Part shown: positions 20,263 through 29,531 of the stretch, in pieces
How the letters are laid out: the number at the start of each line of letters is the position of its first letter
Position numbering within the stretch: the first letter of the stretch is position 1
Assembly (NCBI GenBank): GCA_037191015.1
Contig: JBBCKD010000004.1
Coordinates: 4,013-68,012 of the forward strand
Direction: 5' to 3'
DNA from: Spirosomataceae bacterium
GTDB lineage: Bacteria > Bacteroidota > Bacteroidia > Cytophagales > Spirosomataceae
Length of the DNA stretch: 64,000 bases
Program-made: the position numbers and the translations under genes
The notes under the pieces: model-generated
Databases searched by the model: none
The model's input: only the letters and a program-made list of their open reading frames with translations
What the model was told of the DNA's origin: nothing

Positions 20263-20376
20263 TTTTGAAACATTAAGGGAATAAGAGACGTTAAGTTTTC
20301 TGCGGCTTAGTCTGTCTTAATTCCTTAATGGTTACTGTTTTGAAACATTAAGGGATTAAGGAACATTAAGTTTCTG
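20263..20376. repeat. direct-inverted-direct (BIME-like) TTAAG repeat cluster
   Basis: TTTTGAAACATTAAGGGAATAAGAGACGTTAAG at 20263 and TTTTGAAACATTAAGGGATTAAGGAACATTAAG at 20338, with an inverted copy at 20306-20333. Confidence 0.75.
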
Positions 20377-20381
20377 ACAGT

Positions 20382-21197
20382 TCAACATTTTTCCCTAAAT
20401 GCGGTCGTGATTTTTTTAAGGTACTCATCCTGGTCCATTTGCCAGTAGATATCCGAGAATATCTCCACTTCATGAAACCCGTGAAAGCCCGCCGCTTCTA
20501 CCCAGGATCGTATTTTCTTCAGATCGATACACCCTTCCCCCATCAGCCCCCTGTCATTGAGCATATCGAGCGTATTTACTTTCCAGTCGCAAACGTGGTA
20601 AGCCAGAAGATGACCATTCTTTCCGCAGCGCAGTATCTCTTTTTGCAGATCGCCGTCCCACCAGAGGTGGTATACATCAACGGCTACGCCTACAAACCCG
20701 GAACCGATCGCTTCGGCCATGTCGTTGGCCTGCCCGAGCGTATTAATAGCCGATCTGTCGGCGGCATACATAGGATGAAGCGGCTCTATGGCCAGTTTGA
20801 TATTCAGCTCCTCCGCCATAGGCAGCAGCGCCTCTATGCCGTCCCTGATCTGCTCACGCGAAACTTCGAGCGACTGCGCCGGCGAAGCCCCGCATACCAG
20901 CACGATCAACGGCGCACCGAGCTCTGCAGCTTCTTCCAACTGCCTCTTGTTGTTCTCTATCGCTTTTTTTCTTTCCCCGCCATCGGGATGAGCGAAAAAG
21001 CCGCCCCTTACATAAGAAACTACTTCCAGGCCGGATGCCTTTATATGACCGGCGGCCTTCTTCGCCCCTATTCCTTCCAGGCTGCTCTGCCAGACACTGA
21101 TTCCTCCGATACCTGCTTCAGCATATTTATCGACAGCCTGTTCCAGCTTCCAGGATTTATTGGTAATGCTGTGAATGCAGCAACGGGTTAATTCCAT
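20382..21197 (-). CDS. sugar-phosphate isomerase/epimerase TIM barrel
   Basis: IEPLHP, DVYH, YHVCD, EVE metal-ligand pattern. Confidence 0.87.
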   Translation of the reverse strand: MELTRCCIHSITNKSWKLEQAVDKYAEAGIGGISVWQSSLEGIGAKKAAGHIKASGLEVVSYVRGGFFAHPDGGERKKAIENNKRQLEEAAELGAPLIVLVCGASPAQSLEVSREQIRDGIEALLPMAEELNIKLAIEPLHPMYAADRSAINTLGQANDMAEAIGSGFVGVAVDVYHLWWDGDLQKEILRCGKNGHLLAYHVCDWKVNTLDMLNDRGLMGEGCIDLKKIRSWVEAAGFHGFHEVEIFSDIYWQMDQDEYLKKITTAFREKC

Positions 21198-21218
21198 ATT
21201 ATTTCTTTTTATCTATGG

Positions 21219-22598
21219 TCATCGTACGGATCCTGTGTATCGATAGTAAGGCTCATCGTTGATCAGGCGCTGCAGGTACAACACCACTTCTCTGATGTGA
21301 TAATCTCCCCACATACACGACTCGCCGCCCGGGATCTTAGCTCCTGCCGGGATATTATCCCATCCGTTCGGATGGTGGTAAATGGTATGCAGCAATAGTC
21401 CCTGATGAGCAGGATCGACCGAAAGATAAGGTTCTTCCAAAAGTGTTTTGACAACGGTAAGCCCCGCCTGGAAATATTTGTCTCCGTTTTCGGGATCTCC
21501 TTTTTCAGACAGGTAGCGTCCGAGGCGAAGAAGGCCCTGCGCGCCTATGGCCGAGGCCGAGCTGTCGATCGGCTCGAAGTCGTTGAAAGGATCCGAAACC
21601 CTGGAGGCATAGTCACCCAGGCGATGGATATTCGGAGCTCCTGTATCCCAGTAGGTCACTCCGTCAAGGGAGCTATGCTCCAGGTAAAAATCGCAGGTGG
21701 CCCGGGCAGCTTTCAGGAAAATAGCCTCTACAGCCTTTCGTCCGCCGAACGCTTCCAGCTCTTCATCAGTAAATAACGGCAGGGTTTCCAGCTGCTCGGC
21801 AAAACCGGTCATGGCCCACGCCAATCCACGGGTCCAGGTAGTGAAACCTGAAAACCCTTGTTGTGAATTGGGACAGCGGTAGTTTCTATCGTTAATATTG
21901 AAAATGCTTTCGTGCGCGGTTCTTCCCCAAAGATCGTACTGGTCGCGGCCTTCACCGTAGTAAACGGCATACTTTGCGGTATTGATGCTATGCCAGATCC
22001 CTCTTTCGAGCAGGCTTATCTTTTTATCATTTTCCCCCATCAGTGCATGCCCCAGCAAATGAGACACCATCAGCGCCCGTACCGACCGGATGGTATCTAC
22101 AAAAAGCGAATGCGGACCATTGAAAGAGTAAATGTATCCTCCCTCCCTGATATCGGTCCACCGGTCAGCCTGAACCGCACCAGAGACTTTAAGAGCTACT
22201 TCGTAGAAATTACGTTCCCACTCGTTTTCAGATATTCTGCCTTCGTTCATCAGCCTGACGAGGTTCCCGTAAGTACTTACGTTGTTAAAACCATGGTCAT
22301 GCACGCCGAAGTGCCCTACGTGAAACGCCATGCGCGCCACAGTCTGGGCTTTCGCCGATTGTAAAAATTTTTCGTCACCGGTCGCGTCATACTGCAATAC
22401 TTCCGAACCATAGCGGAAGCCTTCCGTCCATTCAGTCCAGCCGCGCACTGAATACTTTCCGTTTACAGTAAATACGGGCGAACCCTGCGAGGTGTCGTAT
22501 TCCTTATTAATGAGTTCAATTTTCTGCGCTGAAAGCTCCCAAAAGCGGTCTATGCCGGATTTGAGGTCTGCAGTTCTGAGTTGCTGGTTTATTTTCAT
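21219..22598 (-). CDS. GH88/unsaturated glucuronyl hydrolase-like (alpha/alpha)6 protein
   Basis: WTEWTEGF, HDHGF, TWTRGLAWAM, DSSASAI, WGDY; no signal peptide. Confidence 0.7.
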   Translation of the reverse strand: MKINQQLRTADLKSGIDRFWELSAQKIELINKEYDTSQGSPVFTVNGKYSVRGWTEWTEGFRYGSEVLQYDATGDEKFLQSAKAQTVARMAFHVGHFGVHDHGFNNVSTYGNLVRLMNEGRISENEWERNFYEVALKVSGAVQADRWTDIREGGYIYSFNGPHSLFVDTIRSVRALMVSHLLGHALMGENDKKISLLERGIWHSINTAKYAVYYGEGRDQYDLWGRTAHESIFNINDRNYRCPNSQQGFSGFTTWTRGLAWAMTGFAEQLETLPLFTDEELEAFGGRKAVEAIFLKAARATCDFYLEHSSLDGVTYWDTGAPNIHRLGDYASRVSDPFNDFEPIDSSASAIGAQGLLRLGRYLSEKGDPENGDKYFQAGLTVVKTLLEEPYLSVDPAHQGLLLHTIYHHPNGWDNIPAGAKIPGGESCMWGDYHIREVVLYLQRLINDEPYYRYTGSVR

Positions 22599-22615
22599 AT
22601 TTGTTTGCGATCATG

Positions 22616-22647
22616 CCGGCTGCCAGATATCATCAACCGGCTGCCAG
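22616..22647. repeat. 11-bp perfect direct repeat with 21-bp period
   Basis: CCGGCTGCCAG at 22616 and 22637, just upstream of the GH88-like start codon. Confidence 0.7.
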
Positions 22648-22756
22648 CGTTCTGAAAGCCCGGTATCTGACGACCGGATTCAAATTAAATACTCTTTAGT
22701 AATCGGAAAGTACAAAAATAGTAAGACTTAGCCGCACCTATCAAGGTACTATACTG

Positions 22757-23674
22757 TCAATTCTTGGCACTTTTCCGCATCGAATGGCGGTACTCGTTGG
22801 GAGAGAGGCCGGTTTTGCGTTTAAACATCCGGCTGAAATAAGAGGGATCTTCTATGTGAAGCTGATAGGCGATCTCCTTGCTTGTCAGGTTGGTGAAGAC
22901 TATGAGCCGCTTGGCTTCCAGCAGCAGCCTTTCGAGTATGTAGTCGCTTGCCGTGACATTCAGTGACTTCCGGATCGTCTTGCCGAGATAGTCGGCGGTA
23001 ACAGACAACAGGTCAGCGTATTGCTGAACACTATGCATTTCTTTGTAATGCTTTTCCACCAGCTCCTGAAACCGGCTTGCAATGTCGTTGGCCGGCTCGG
23101 GAACAGCCGTTTCCAATCCGTCTGTCAAAAGAAGCCGGCATTTCCCCAGGAAAATATGGAGGTAAGCCGCCAGCACATTATTCTTCTCTTCACCGCCCTG
23201 AAGGTAATCCGACAGCATGTTTTCCAGGAGGTTCCTGAAATAGGAATGGGAAGCATCCGACAAGTTCAGAACGGGGTCAGGCCATTCGTTGTTCCACCTG
23301 TTGGGCTTGAGCGGATCGAGGTCCTTGCCCTGTCCGTAAAAAGCGGCGTAGTCCTGCGGGAAAGTAATGATATAACCTACGCATTCCTCGGTAGGTGTAA
23401 GCAGGTGTACTTTTCCCGGCGCCACGAAGTGAATACCGGGGGCATGTATCGTATGGGTATAGAAGTCTATTTCATGAAATCCGCTTCCGGCTTCAAAAAA
23501 CAATATTTCGCAATAAGTATGCCTGTGCGGGAGATCGGTCGGAAGCGGCGTTACCGGGAGCTGCATGATCGGCAGGCTCCCCGGCATCTCGGGGGTGTTC
23601 TTAAACCGGAAAATCTGAAGATCAGGCAGGTCTGCTACCAGCCGGGGCAAAAAGTGAACCGGTATATTCTCCAT
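22757..23674 (-). CDS. AraC-family transcriptional regulator
   Basis: Cupin PHRH motif plus C-terminal HTH (YFSRMFKRKTGLSP). Confidence 0.95.
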   Translation of the reverse strand: MENIPVHFLPRLVADLPDLQIFRFKNTPEMPGSLPIMQLPVTPLPTDLPHRHTYCEILFFEAGSGFHEIDFYTHTIHAPGIHFVAPGKVHLLTPTEECVGYIITFPQDYAAFYGQGKDLDPLKPNRWNNEWPDPVLNLSDASHSYFRNLLENMLSDYLQGGEEKNNVLAAYLHIFLGKCRLLLTDGLETAVPEPANDIASRFQELVEKHYKEMHSVQQYADLLSVTADYLGKTIRKSLNVTASDYILERLLLEAKRLIVFTNLTSKEIAYQLHIEDPSYFSRMFKRKTGLSPNEYRHSMRKSAKN

Positions 23675-23696
23675 AAATAACTCAATAAAAGGCAGG

Positions 23697-24263
23697 TCAG
23701 ACGTTGGACTTTCTGCCGCCGAAGCGCTTAAAACCGCGGACGATCCAGACCAGTAAAACTATACTGAGGAGTGTTGCTACCACCGGTACCAAAACAGCAA
23801 GGCCCGAAATACCGAAAGCTGCTACATTCTCTGTCGTCGAAACAACCGGGTTTCCTACTCCCCCCGTAAATTTAGATGAAAAAAGTCTCAGGAGACCCGT
23901 ACCCGACTGTACGACCCCGGCAGTACCTCCGCCTACTATAATGCCCAGTACCCACTGGATGACCGGATTATCGATCTCTACAAAAGAGGTAGTCAGCAAT
24001 GTTCCCGCGATGACCGATGCCGGTATGGCCGCCGTATCGAGCATGTTGTCTACAAACGGGATGTAGTAAGCGGCAATTTCTACGGCAGTTGCGGTAAGCA
24101 ATACGAGAAAAGCCGGCCAGCTGGCAAGCCATGCAAAACCCTCTGACGGGGTAATCCAGCCATTCATCGCAGCGACATTGGCGATCAGGGCCGGAACAAA
24201 AATCCGGAACCCGGTCGCTGCGCTGAGACCTATTCCGAGACATAGACTTACCAGGAGCTCCAT
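23697..24263 (-). CDS. DUF4126-family membrane protein
   Basis: GLSAATGFRIFVP, EIAAYYIPFVDNMLD, GNPVVSTTE. Confidence 0.85.
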   Translation of the reverse strand: MELLVSLCLGIGLSAATGFRIFVPALIANVAAMNGWITPSEGFAWLASWPAFLVLLTATAVEIAAYYIPFVDNMLDTAAIPASVIAGTLLTTSFVEIDNPVIQWVLGIIVGGGTAGVVQSGTGLLRLFSSKFTGGVGNPVVSTTENVAAFGISGLAVLVPVVATLLSIVLLVWIVRGFKRFGGRKSNV

Positions 24264-24296
24264 CAGGATTTTGTTTTTTTATAGTTTGCTGTCAGC

Positions 24297-26066
24297 TCAC
24301 GCCTGCTTCGCAATTTCCTTATACTGCATTTTATGAAGGTTGGCGTACAGTCCTTCTTTCTCCAGAAGACTCATATGACTTCCCGATTCCACAATCTCGC
24401 CCTTATCCAGCACCAGGATCTTATCCGCTTCCTGGATCGTGCTGAGCCGGTGCGCGATAACGATGGCGGTCCGCCCGCTCATCAGCTTCTCGATCGCTTT
24501 CTGAATAAGCTCTTCCGTTTCACTATCTACCGACGAGGTCGCTTCATCGAGAACGAGTATTTTAGGATCATGCACCATCGCCCTTACAAATGAAATAAGC
24601 TGCCTCTGCCCTACTGAAAGGCTGCTTCCGCGCTCCCTTACGTTGTACTGGTATCCGCCCGGAAGCTTTTCTATAAAATCATGCACACCTACCAGCCTGG
24701 CTGCTTCGACGATCCGTTCGTGCGTGATCGATTTGTCTCCCATCCGGATATTCCCCTCGATCGTATCCGAGAACAGGAATACATCCTGGAGCACAATCCC
24801 GATGGAATGCCTGAGGGCATCCAGGTCATATTCCCTGATCGGGACACCGTCGATCCTGATCGTACCGCTATTGATGTCGTAAAAACGCGTCAGGATGTTA
24901 ATCACCGATGATTTCCCGGCGCCTGTCGCCCCTACCAGGGCTACGGTCTCTCCCGCGCTCACGCTGAAATTGATATCTTTCAGTACAAACTGCTCATCAT
25001 TATAGGCAAACCAGACTTTGTCAAAATCCACCCTACCTTCGATCTGGTCCGGGGAATAGGTGCCCGTGTTGGGAGTCACCTCGTCGGCATCCAGGATCTT
25101 CAGGATCCTGTCTGTGCTTACAATCCCCATCTGCAATGTATTGAAACGGTCTGCCAGCTGCCTGATCGGCATAAAAAACAGGTTGTTGAACATCACAAAC
25201 GCCAGGATAGTACCGAAGCTCATGTCCAGGTTCATGATCTGGTTGGCCCCGTACCACACGATGAGCCCGATGCCCGCGGAAGAAATCACATCAGCAACCG
25301 GGTAATAAACGGAATAATAAAGAATGGAGCGGATATTGGCTTTACGATGATTTTTATTGATCTCCACAAATTTTTTATACTCCTGGTCCTCGTTGCTGAA
25401 AATCTGGACAATGCTCATCCCCGATATATGCTCCTGGACAAAAGTATTGAGGTTCGACACGGCAGTTCTGACCTCGTTGAACGAATCTTTGATCTTCTCT
25501 TTGAACACATACGTGCTGAACAGCATCAGCGGGATCATGGAAAGGCTCACCAGCGAGAGCCGCCAGTCGGTATAGAACATAACCCCGATAATCAGCACCA
25601 GTTGGAGGATATCCCCCACTATGGCGGCCATTCCCTCGCTGAATACTTCAGACAGCGTCTCCACATCCGAAATGGTACGGGTTACCAGCCGGCCGATAGG
25701 CGTATTATCGAAATACTTGAGACGCATGGAAACGATCTTCTCGTATACCTGCATCCTGATATCCATAATGATATTCTGGCCCAGCCATCCCGAGAGGTAG
25801 GTATTCGTAAACTGGACGATCCCCCGCAAAGCCAGGGTAAATACCATCACGATCATCATCACCAGCAGGCCGTTCAGATCACGGCCGGTAATGGGGCCGT
25901 CGACCGTATATTTAATGAGCAAAGGCATGAGCGGCGCCAGAACAGCGCTCAGGATAATGACTGCTATCAGCAGGAGAAACTGCTTCTGATAGGGCTTTAC
26001 AAATTTATAAAGTCGTTTAAGCGTAGGCAGATCGAAAATCTGCCCGCTTTTGGTTTCTTCCTTCAC
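24297..26066 (-). CDS. ABC exporter, fused permease/ATPase
   Basis: TM domain; GATGAGKS, LSVGQRQ, LVLDEATSSVD, IAHRLST. Confidence 0.96.
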   Translation of the reverse strand: MKEETKSGQIFDLPTLKRLYKFVKPYQKQFLLLIAVIILSAVLAPLMPLLIKYTVDGPITGRDLNGLLVMMIVMVFTLALRGIVQFTNTYLSGWLGQNIIMDIRMQVYEKIVSMRLKYFDNTPIGRLVTRTISDVETLSEVFSEGMAAIVGDILQLVLIIGVMFYTDWRLSLVSLSMIPLMLFSTYVFKEKIKDSFNEVRTAVSNLNTFVQEHISGMSIVQIFSNEDQEYKKFVEINKNHRKANIRSILYYSVYYPVADVISSAGIGLIVWYGANQIMNLDMSFGTILAFVMFNNLFFMPIRQLADRFNTLQMGIVSTDRILKILDADEVTPNTGTYSPDQIEGRVDFDKVWFAYNDEQFVLKDINFSVSAGETVALVGATGAGKSSVINILTRFYDINSGTIRIDGVPIREYDLDALRHSIGIVLQDVFLFSDTIEGNIRMGDKSITHERIVEAARLVGVHDFIEKLPGGYQYNVRERGSSLSVGQRQLISFVRAMVHDPKILVLDEATSSVDSETEELIQKAIEKLMSGRTAIVIAHRLSTIQEADKILVLDKGEIVESGSHMSLLEKEGLYANLHKMQYKEIAKQA

Positions 26067-26266
26067 TAGAATCGGTTTATTCTATTGCTTCTGTTTGGGC
26101 AAACACCAAAATTACATCAAAAGTTACAGATATTCCGAAGAAATCGGCTGCCGGATTTCAGCCGTCAGCCGCCGGATAGCTATGCTCCCCACTACCATTT
26201 TTTGTCAGGATGTTCTACTTTTGATCGTTTTAAACATATACATCATCTTTCTAACATATACATCGA

Positions 26267-26920
26267 ATGATTACCTACGAAGAAATCTTTAAAAACAACA
26301 AAAGATGGGCTGAAGAAAAAATCGGAAGCAATCCGTCATTTTTCGACAGCCTGGCTGCCAATCAGAATCCTGACTACCTGTACATTGGCTGCAGCGACAG
26401 CCGGGTTACTGCGGAAGAAGTAATGGGAGCTGCCCCTGGAGAAGTTTTTGTCCACCGCAACATAGCGAATGTCGTGGCTACGATCGACCTGAACGCCATA
26501 TCGGTGATCTCATATGCCGTCCAATACCTCGATGTCAAGCATATAATCATTTGCGGGCACTACGGATGCGGCGGTGTGAAAGCCGCGATGCAACAGAGCG
26601 ACATGGGCATTCTGAACCCTTGGCTGAGGAATATACGCGACGTTTACAGGCTTCATGTAGAAGAATTGAATGCCATAGCAAACCTGGAAGAACGCTACGA
26701 CCGGCTGGTGGAGCTCAATGTGCAGGAACAGTGTATCAACGTCTCCAAGCTTGCCGTCGTTCAGAAAGCTTACCTGAAAAAACAATATCCTTCGGTGCAC
26801 GGCTGGGTTTTCGACATGAGGAACGGCATGCTGAAAGATCTGAAGCTCGACTTTAAAAGAATATTGTCGGAAATCCAGCAGATCTACGACCTCACCGAGT
26901 TTCCTGACCGAAATAGTTAG
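26267..26920 (+). CDS. can: beta-class carbonic anhydrase
   Basis: GCSDSR, HRNIAN, CGHYGCGG; -7 box TACTTTTG at 26216-26223. Confidence 0.95.
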   Translation: MITYEEIFKNNKRWAEEKIGSNPSFFDSLAANQNPDYLYIGCSDSRVTAEEVMGAAPGEVFVHRNIANVVATIDLNAISVISYAVQYLDVKHIIICGHYGCGGVKAAMQQSDMGILNPWLRNIRDVYRLHVEELNAIANLEERYDRLVELNVQEQCINVSKLAVVQKAYLKKQYPSVHGWVFDMRNGMLKDLKLDFKRILSEIQQIYDLTEFPDRNS

Positions 26921-26937
26921 GCGCCGATGGGCACACT

Positions 26938-27183
26938 TTACTGCTCTGTGACCGTCCCCTTTTTTTCCTTGGCAGGTACCGGATCATATCCGCTGGTTCC
27001 CCACGGATGGCATTTTGAGAGGCGCTTTAACCCTAAAGCGGTACCTCTCAAAATACCCCATTCCCTGACGGCCTGGATCATATATTCAGAGCATGTAGGA
27101 GAATGTCTGCAGGAAGAAGGAAGAAATGGCGAAATACACCATTGATAAAACCTGACCGGCCCGATGATCAACCATTTAAACAT
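26938..27183 (-). CDS. yidD: membrane protein insertion efficiency factor
   Basis: CRHSPTCSEY...KCHPWGTSGYDPVP. Confidence 0.93.
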   Translation of the reverse strand: MFKWLIIGPVRFYQWCISPFLPSSCRHSPTCSEYMIQAVREWGILRGTALGLKRLSKCHPWGTSGYDPVPAKEKKGTVTEQ

Positions 27184-27234
27184 TCTGCTCCAGCTTATTA
27201 TTAACTTGTACCCGGGATAAGGGTCTTGCGTCGG

Positions 27235-27627
27235 CTATTCTCCCAGATAGCTAACTTCCAATACTTCAAGATTCCGGATACCCGCGGGCATCTTCCAGGC
27301 TATTTTACTCCCTTCCGACAGGCCGATCAGCGCCGAGCCCATAGGAGTCAGCACCGAAATCTTATTCTGCTTCACATCGGCAAACTGCGGAAGCACTATC
27401 GTTATCTGCATTTCCCTCTTGCTGTCAAGGTCTTTCACTTTCACCTGCGAATTAAGCCTGACTGCTCCTGACGGCATTTTATCGTTTGCCAGGACTTTTG
27501 CCCGCGAGATTTCATAAGATAATGTCATTTCCTGCTGGTTTCCCTGAGCAGAAACATTTTCAGTCAATGCAGTTAACAAACGATAATCTTCTTCACTTAA
27601 CAGGACCTGATTAGTTTCTCCTTTCAT
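27235..27627 (-). CDS. Rnk-like (short GreA/GreB-family) RNA polymerase-binding factor
   Basis: 130 aa; ISVLTPMGSALIG Gre C-terminal domain with only a short N-terminal coil. Confidence 0.85.
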   Translation of the reverse strand: MKGETNQVLLSEEDYRLLTALTENVSAQGNQQEMTLSYEISRAKVLANDKMPSGAVRLNSQVKVKDLDSKREMQITIVLPQFADVKQNKISVLTPMGSALIGLSEGSKIAWKMPAGIRNLEVLEVSYLGE

Positions 27628-27756
27628 AACCGACTTGGATAAAATTAAACTTGTTTTCTTTAAAATCTATGTGAATAGTAAACATCTTACCTTCCTCATA
27701 AGGATGAAAGGTACTATGTCCCCGAATTCAGCAATCAGATTACCTATATTCGGGGG

Positions 27757-27909
27757 CTAACAAAAAAAAGCTTTGGGAGTGGGGAAAAAGTGATGCTGTC
27801 TGGTTGAACCAGCCTTTCCCGGTACAGGCAGGGATAATACGTCCGGGTACGCGGGAATAATAGTTTCCCACGTCGTCGAAAGACAATATATACTGTTCCC
27901 TGTACTCAT
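27757..27909 (-). CDS. unannotated 50-aa uORF upstream of the Rnk-like gene
   Basis: Hand translation MSTGNSIYCLSTTWETIIPAYPDVLSLPVPGKAGSTRQHHFFPTPKAFFC*; ATG preceded by A-rich TTTTAAA. Confidence 0.5.
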   Translation of the reverse strand: MSTGNSIYCLSTTWETIIPAYPDVLSLPVPGKAGSTRQHHFFPTPKAFFC

Positions 27910-28035
27910 TTTAAAAGTCTGAACTTATTAAACCCCTCCTTCCTGATAAAAGTTCTCCGGGCAGGCAGAATTTTGCAGAAACTACGCCCGGACCTCCAGG
28001 CTGGCTGGCGTCGCCGAAGAATTCGTCGCCCGGGC

Positions 28036-28066
28036 AAAAAAAATCCCCGGCTAAAAAACCGGGGAT
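28036..28066 (-). terminator. intrinsic terminator of the SSS-DHDPS-DUF3748 operon
   Basis: ATCCCCGG/CCGGGGAT stem followed on the minus strand by a T run. Confidence 0.75.
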
Positions 28067-28116
28067 AAGACAGATTCGGATACTACAAAAGAAATACCGG
28101 CGGTTCAATCCGCAGC

Positions 28117-29520
28117 TTAAAGCTCTTTCAAAAGGAATATCTGCAGATGGCTTTCCCCATCCTCTCCTTTTATGCGCCTGTTAAAAGCAAGCGTCTTTCC
28201 ATCATATGACCACACGACTGCCCCCGTCGGTGCGCTGTCGTCGGGATATTTCTGGCTGACCCTTTCCGTACGGCCTGTTTCCACGTCGGTCACAAATACG
28301 CTGTTATCGCCCAGGTAAGCCACCCTTTTCCCGTCGCGGCTGAAATTGAAAGGCCCTTTTACCGAAAATTCATTGTTGGTGACCTTTCTTACGTCGCCTC
28401 CGTTCGGCGACACCACATGAAACTGTATCACTCCGTTTTCATCAGCTGCCAGGAAGCCTATATTTTCCCCATCGGACGATGATCGCAGCCAGTGACGCGG
28501 CTTATTGCTTACCCCTCTTTCCAGCCGGGTAACCCGTCTTGATACCAACGCCTGCGGTACAGGCAATCTCACGCCCGGATCCGGAGATATCTCAAGATCA
28601 TCGATCCTGTCCAGCAGGTCATCCGGGATATCGACCACAAAGATTTCGGTTTTGGTGTTGCCTTCTTCATCCCTTACGTTTCCCTGGTAGGCTATCGCCC
28701 GTTTCTGGCGGGTGCCGTCACTTTTCATATAACCGTTGGTCCCGATCCAGCACTCATCATAAGCCTTGTCGACCTCATCGCTTCCCGGCTTCGGATTATC
28801 CTTTACTTCCGCCACGATCACCGAAAACATTTCGCCGTCATTATTCTCCAGGCTCCCGTCATCAGGCACCGAGACCTTACGCCCCGGCACCATGATGCCG
28901 ATGGTACGCAAATCCTGCGCAGCGCTGCCCTTCTTTGCGGTCTGCTCGATCAGGTAGTCATTATACGTATAGCTGATCCACCCGTCGCTGCTCCATGTAT
29001 GGGCGTGTGTTCCGCCCCGTAGAGCTCCCTTCACAAAAGGCGGGTTCATACTCCGTGCATCCAGGAAAACGGGCTTCATCGGGTTATTGATATCCACCGC
29101 AACCCCGGTTCTCCTGGTCATTGCATAAGGGTTTTCCTCGTTTGCGTTCCGGATGCCATGAATGAACAGCACCCTGTCGCCGGCCGGGGAAAAGGTCACC
29201 GCGCCCAGGCCGGGGCCGAACTCGGTCTGGTTTTCGGTTTTGTACAATGTCCTGATCTCCCCGGTTTCAGTATTCACCATGGCCACCTCCCCGGCGGCGC
29301 CTATCCCGGAATCCACCGACCTCGAGTCGTATACGATCCATTTATCGTCAGGCGAAAAAACTTCAGTGGAATTGATACAATGCCCGGAAGGATCCTTTGT
29401 CAGCTGTATTTCCTGGTATGATTTCATAGTCGATTGCGATGTACAGGCAGCCAGCGCGAGCGGTACGGCCGCCCACATCAGCTTCTTTTTATACTCAAGG
29501 TAATATCCCGCCCGGTACAT
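28117..29520 (-). CDS. DUF3748 (YidR-like) beta-propeller lipoprotein
   Basis: LAAC lipobox; FSPDDKWIVYD, GALRGGTHAHTWS, RHWLRSS motifs. Confidence 0.8.
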   Translation of the reverse strand: MYRAGYYLEYKKKLMWAAVPLALAACTSQSTMKSYQEIQLTKDPSGHCINSTEVFSPDDKWIVYDSRSVDSGIGAAGEVAMVNTETGEIRTLYKTENQTEFGPGLGAVTFSPAGDRVLFIHGIRNANEENPYAMTRRTGVAVDINNPMKPVFLDARSMNPPFVKGALRGGTHAHTWSSDGWISYTYNDYLIEQTAKKGSAAQDLRTIGIMVPGRKVSVPDDGSLENNDGEMFSVIVAEVKDNPKPGSDEVDKAYDECWIGTNGYMKSDGTRQKRAIAYQGNVRDEEGNTKTEIFVVDIPDDLLDRIDDLEISPDPGVRLPVPQALVSRRVTRLERGVSNKPRHWLRSSSDGENIGFLAADENGVIQFHVVSPNGGDVRKVTNNEFSVKGPFNFSRDGKRVAYLGDNSVFVTDVETGRTERVSQKYPDDSAPTGAVVWSYDGKTLAFNRRIKGEDGESHLQIFLLKEL

Positions 29521-29531
29521 AATACTGTTAG

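Noticed and set aside
20263-20376. Repeat cluster as a CRISPR array (likewise 57812-57857)
   Set aside because: Too few units, no unique spacers of constant length, inverted copies present, and no cas genes in the window
27911-28108. 65-aa minus-strand ORF between DUF3748 and the rnk leader
   Set aside because: It runs through the operon terminator hairpin and has no protein-like features
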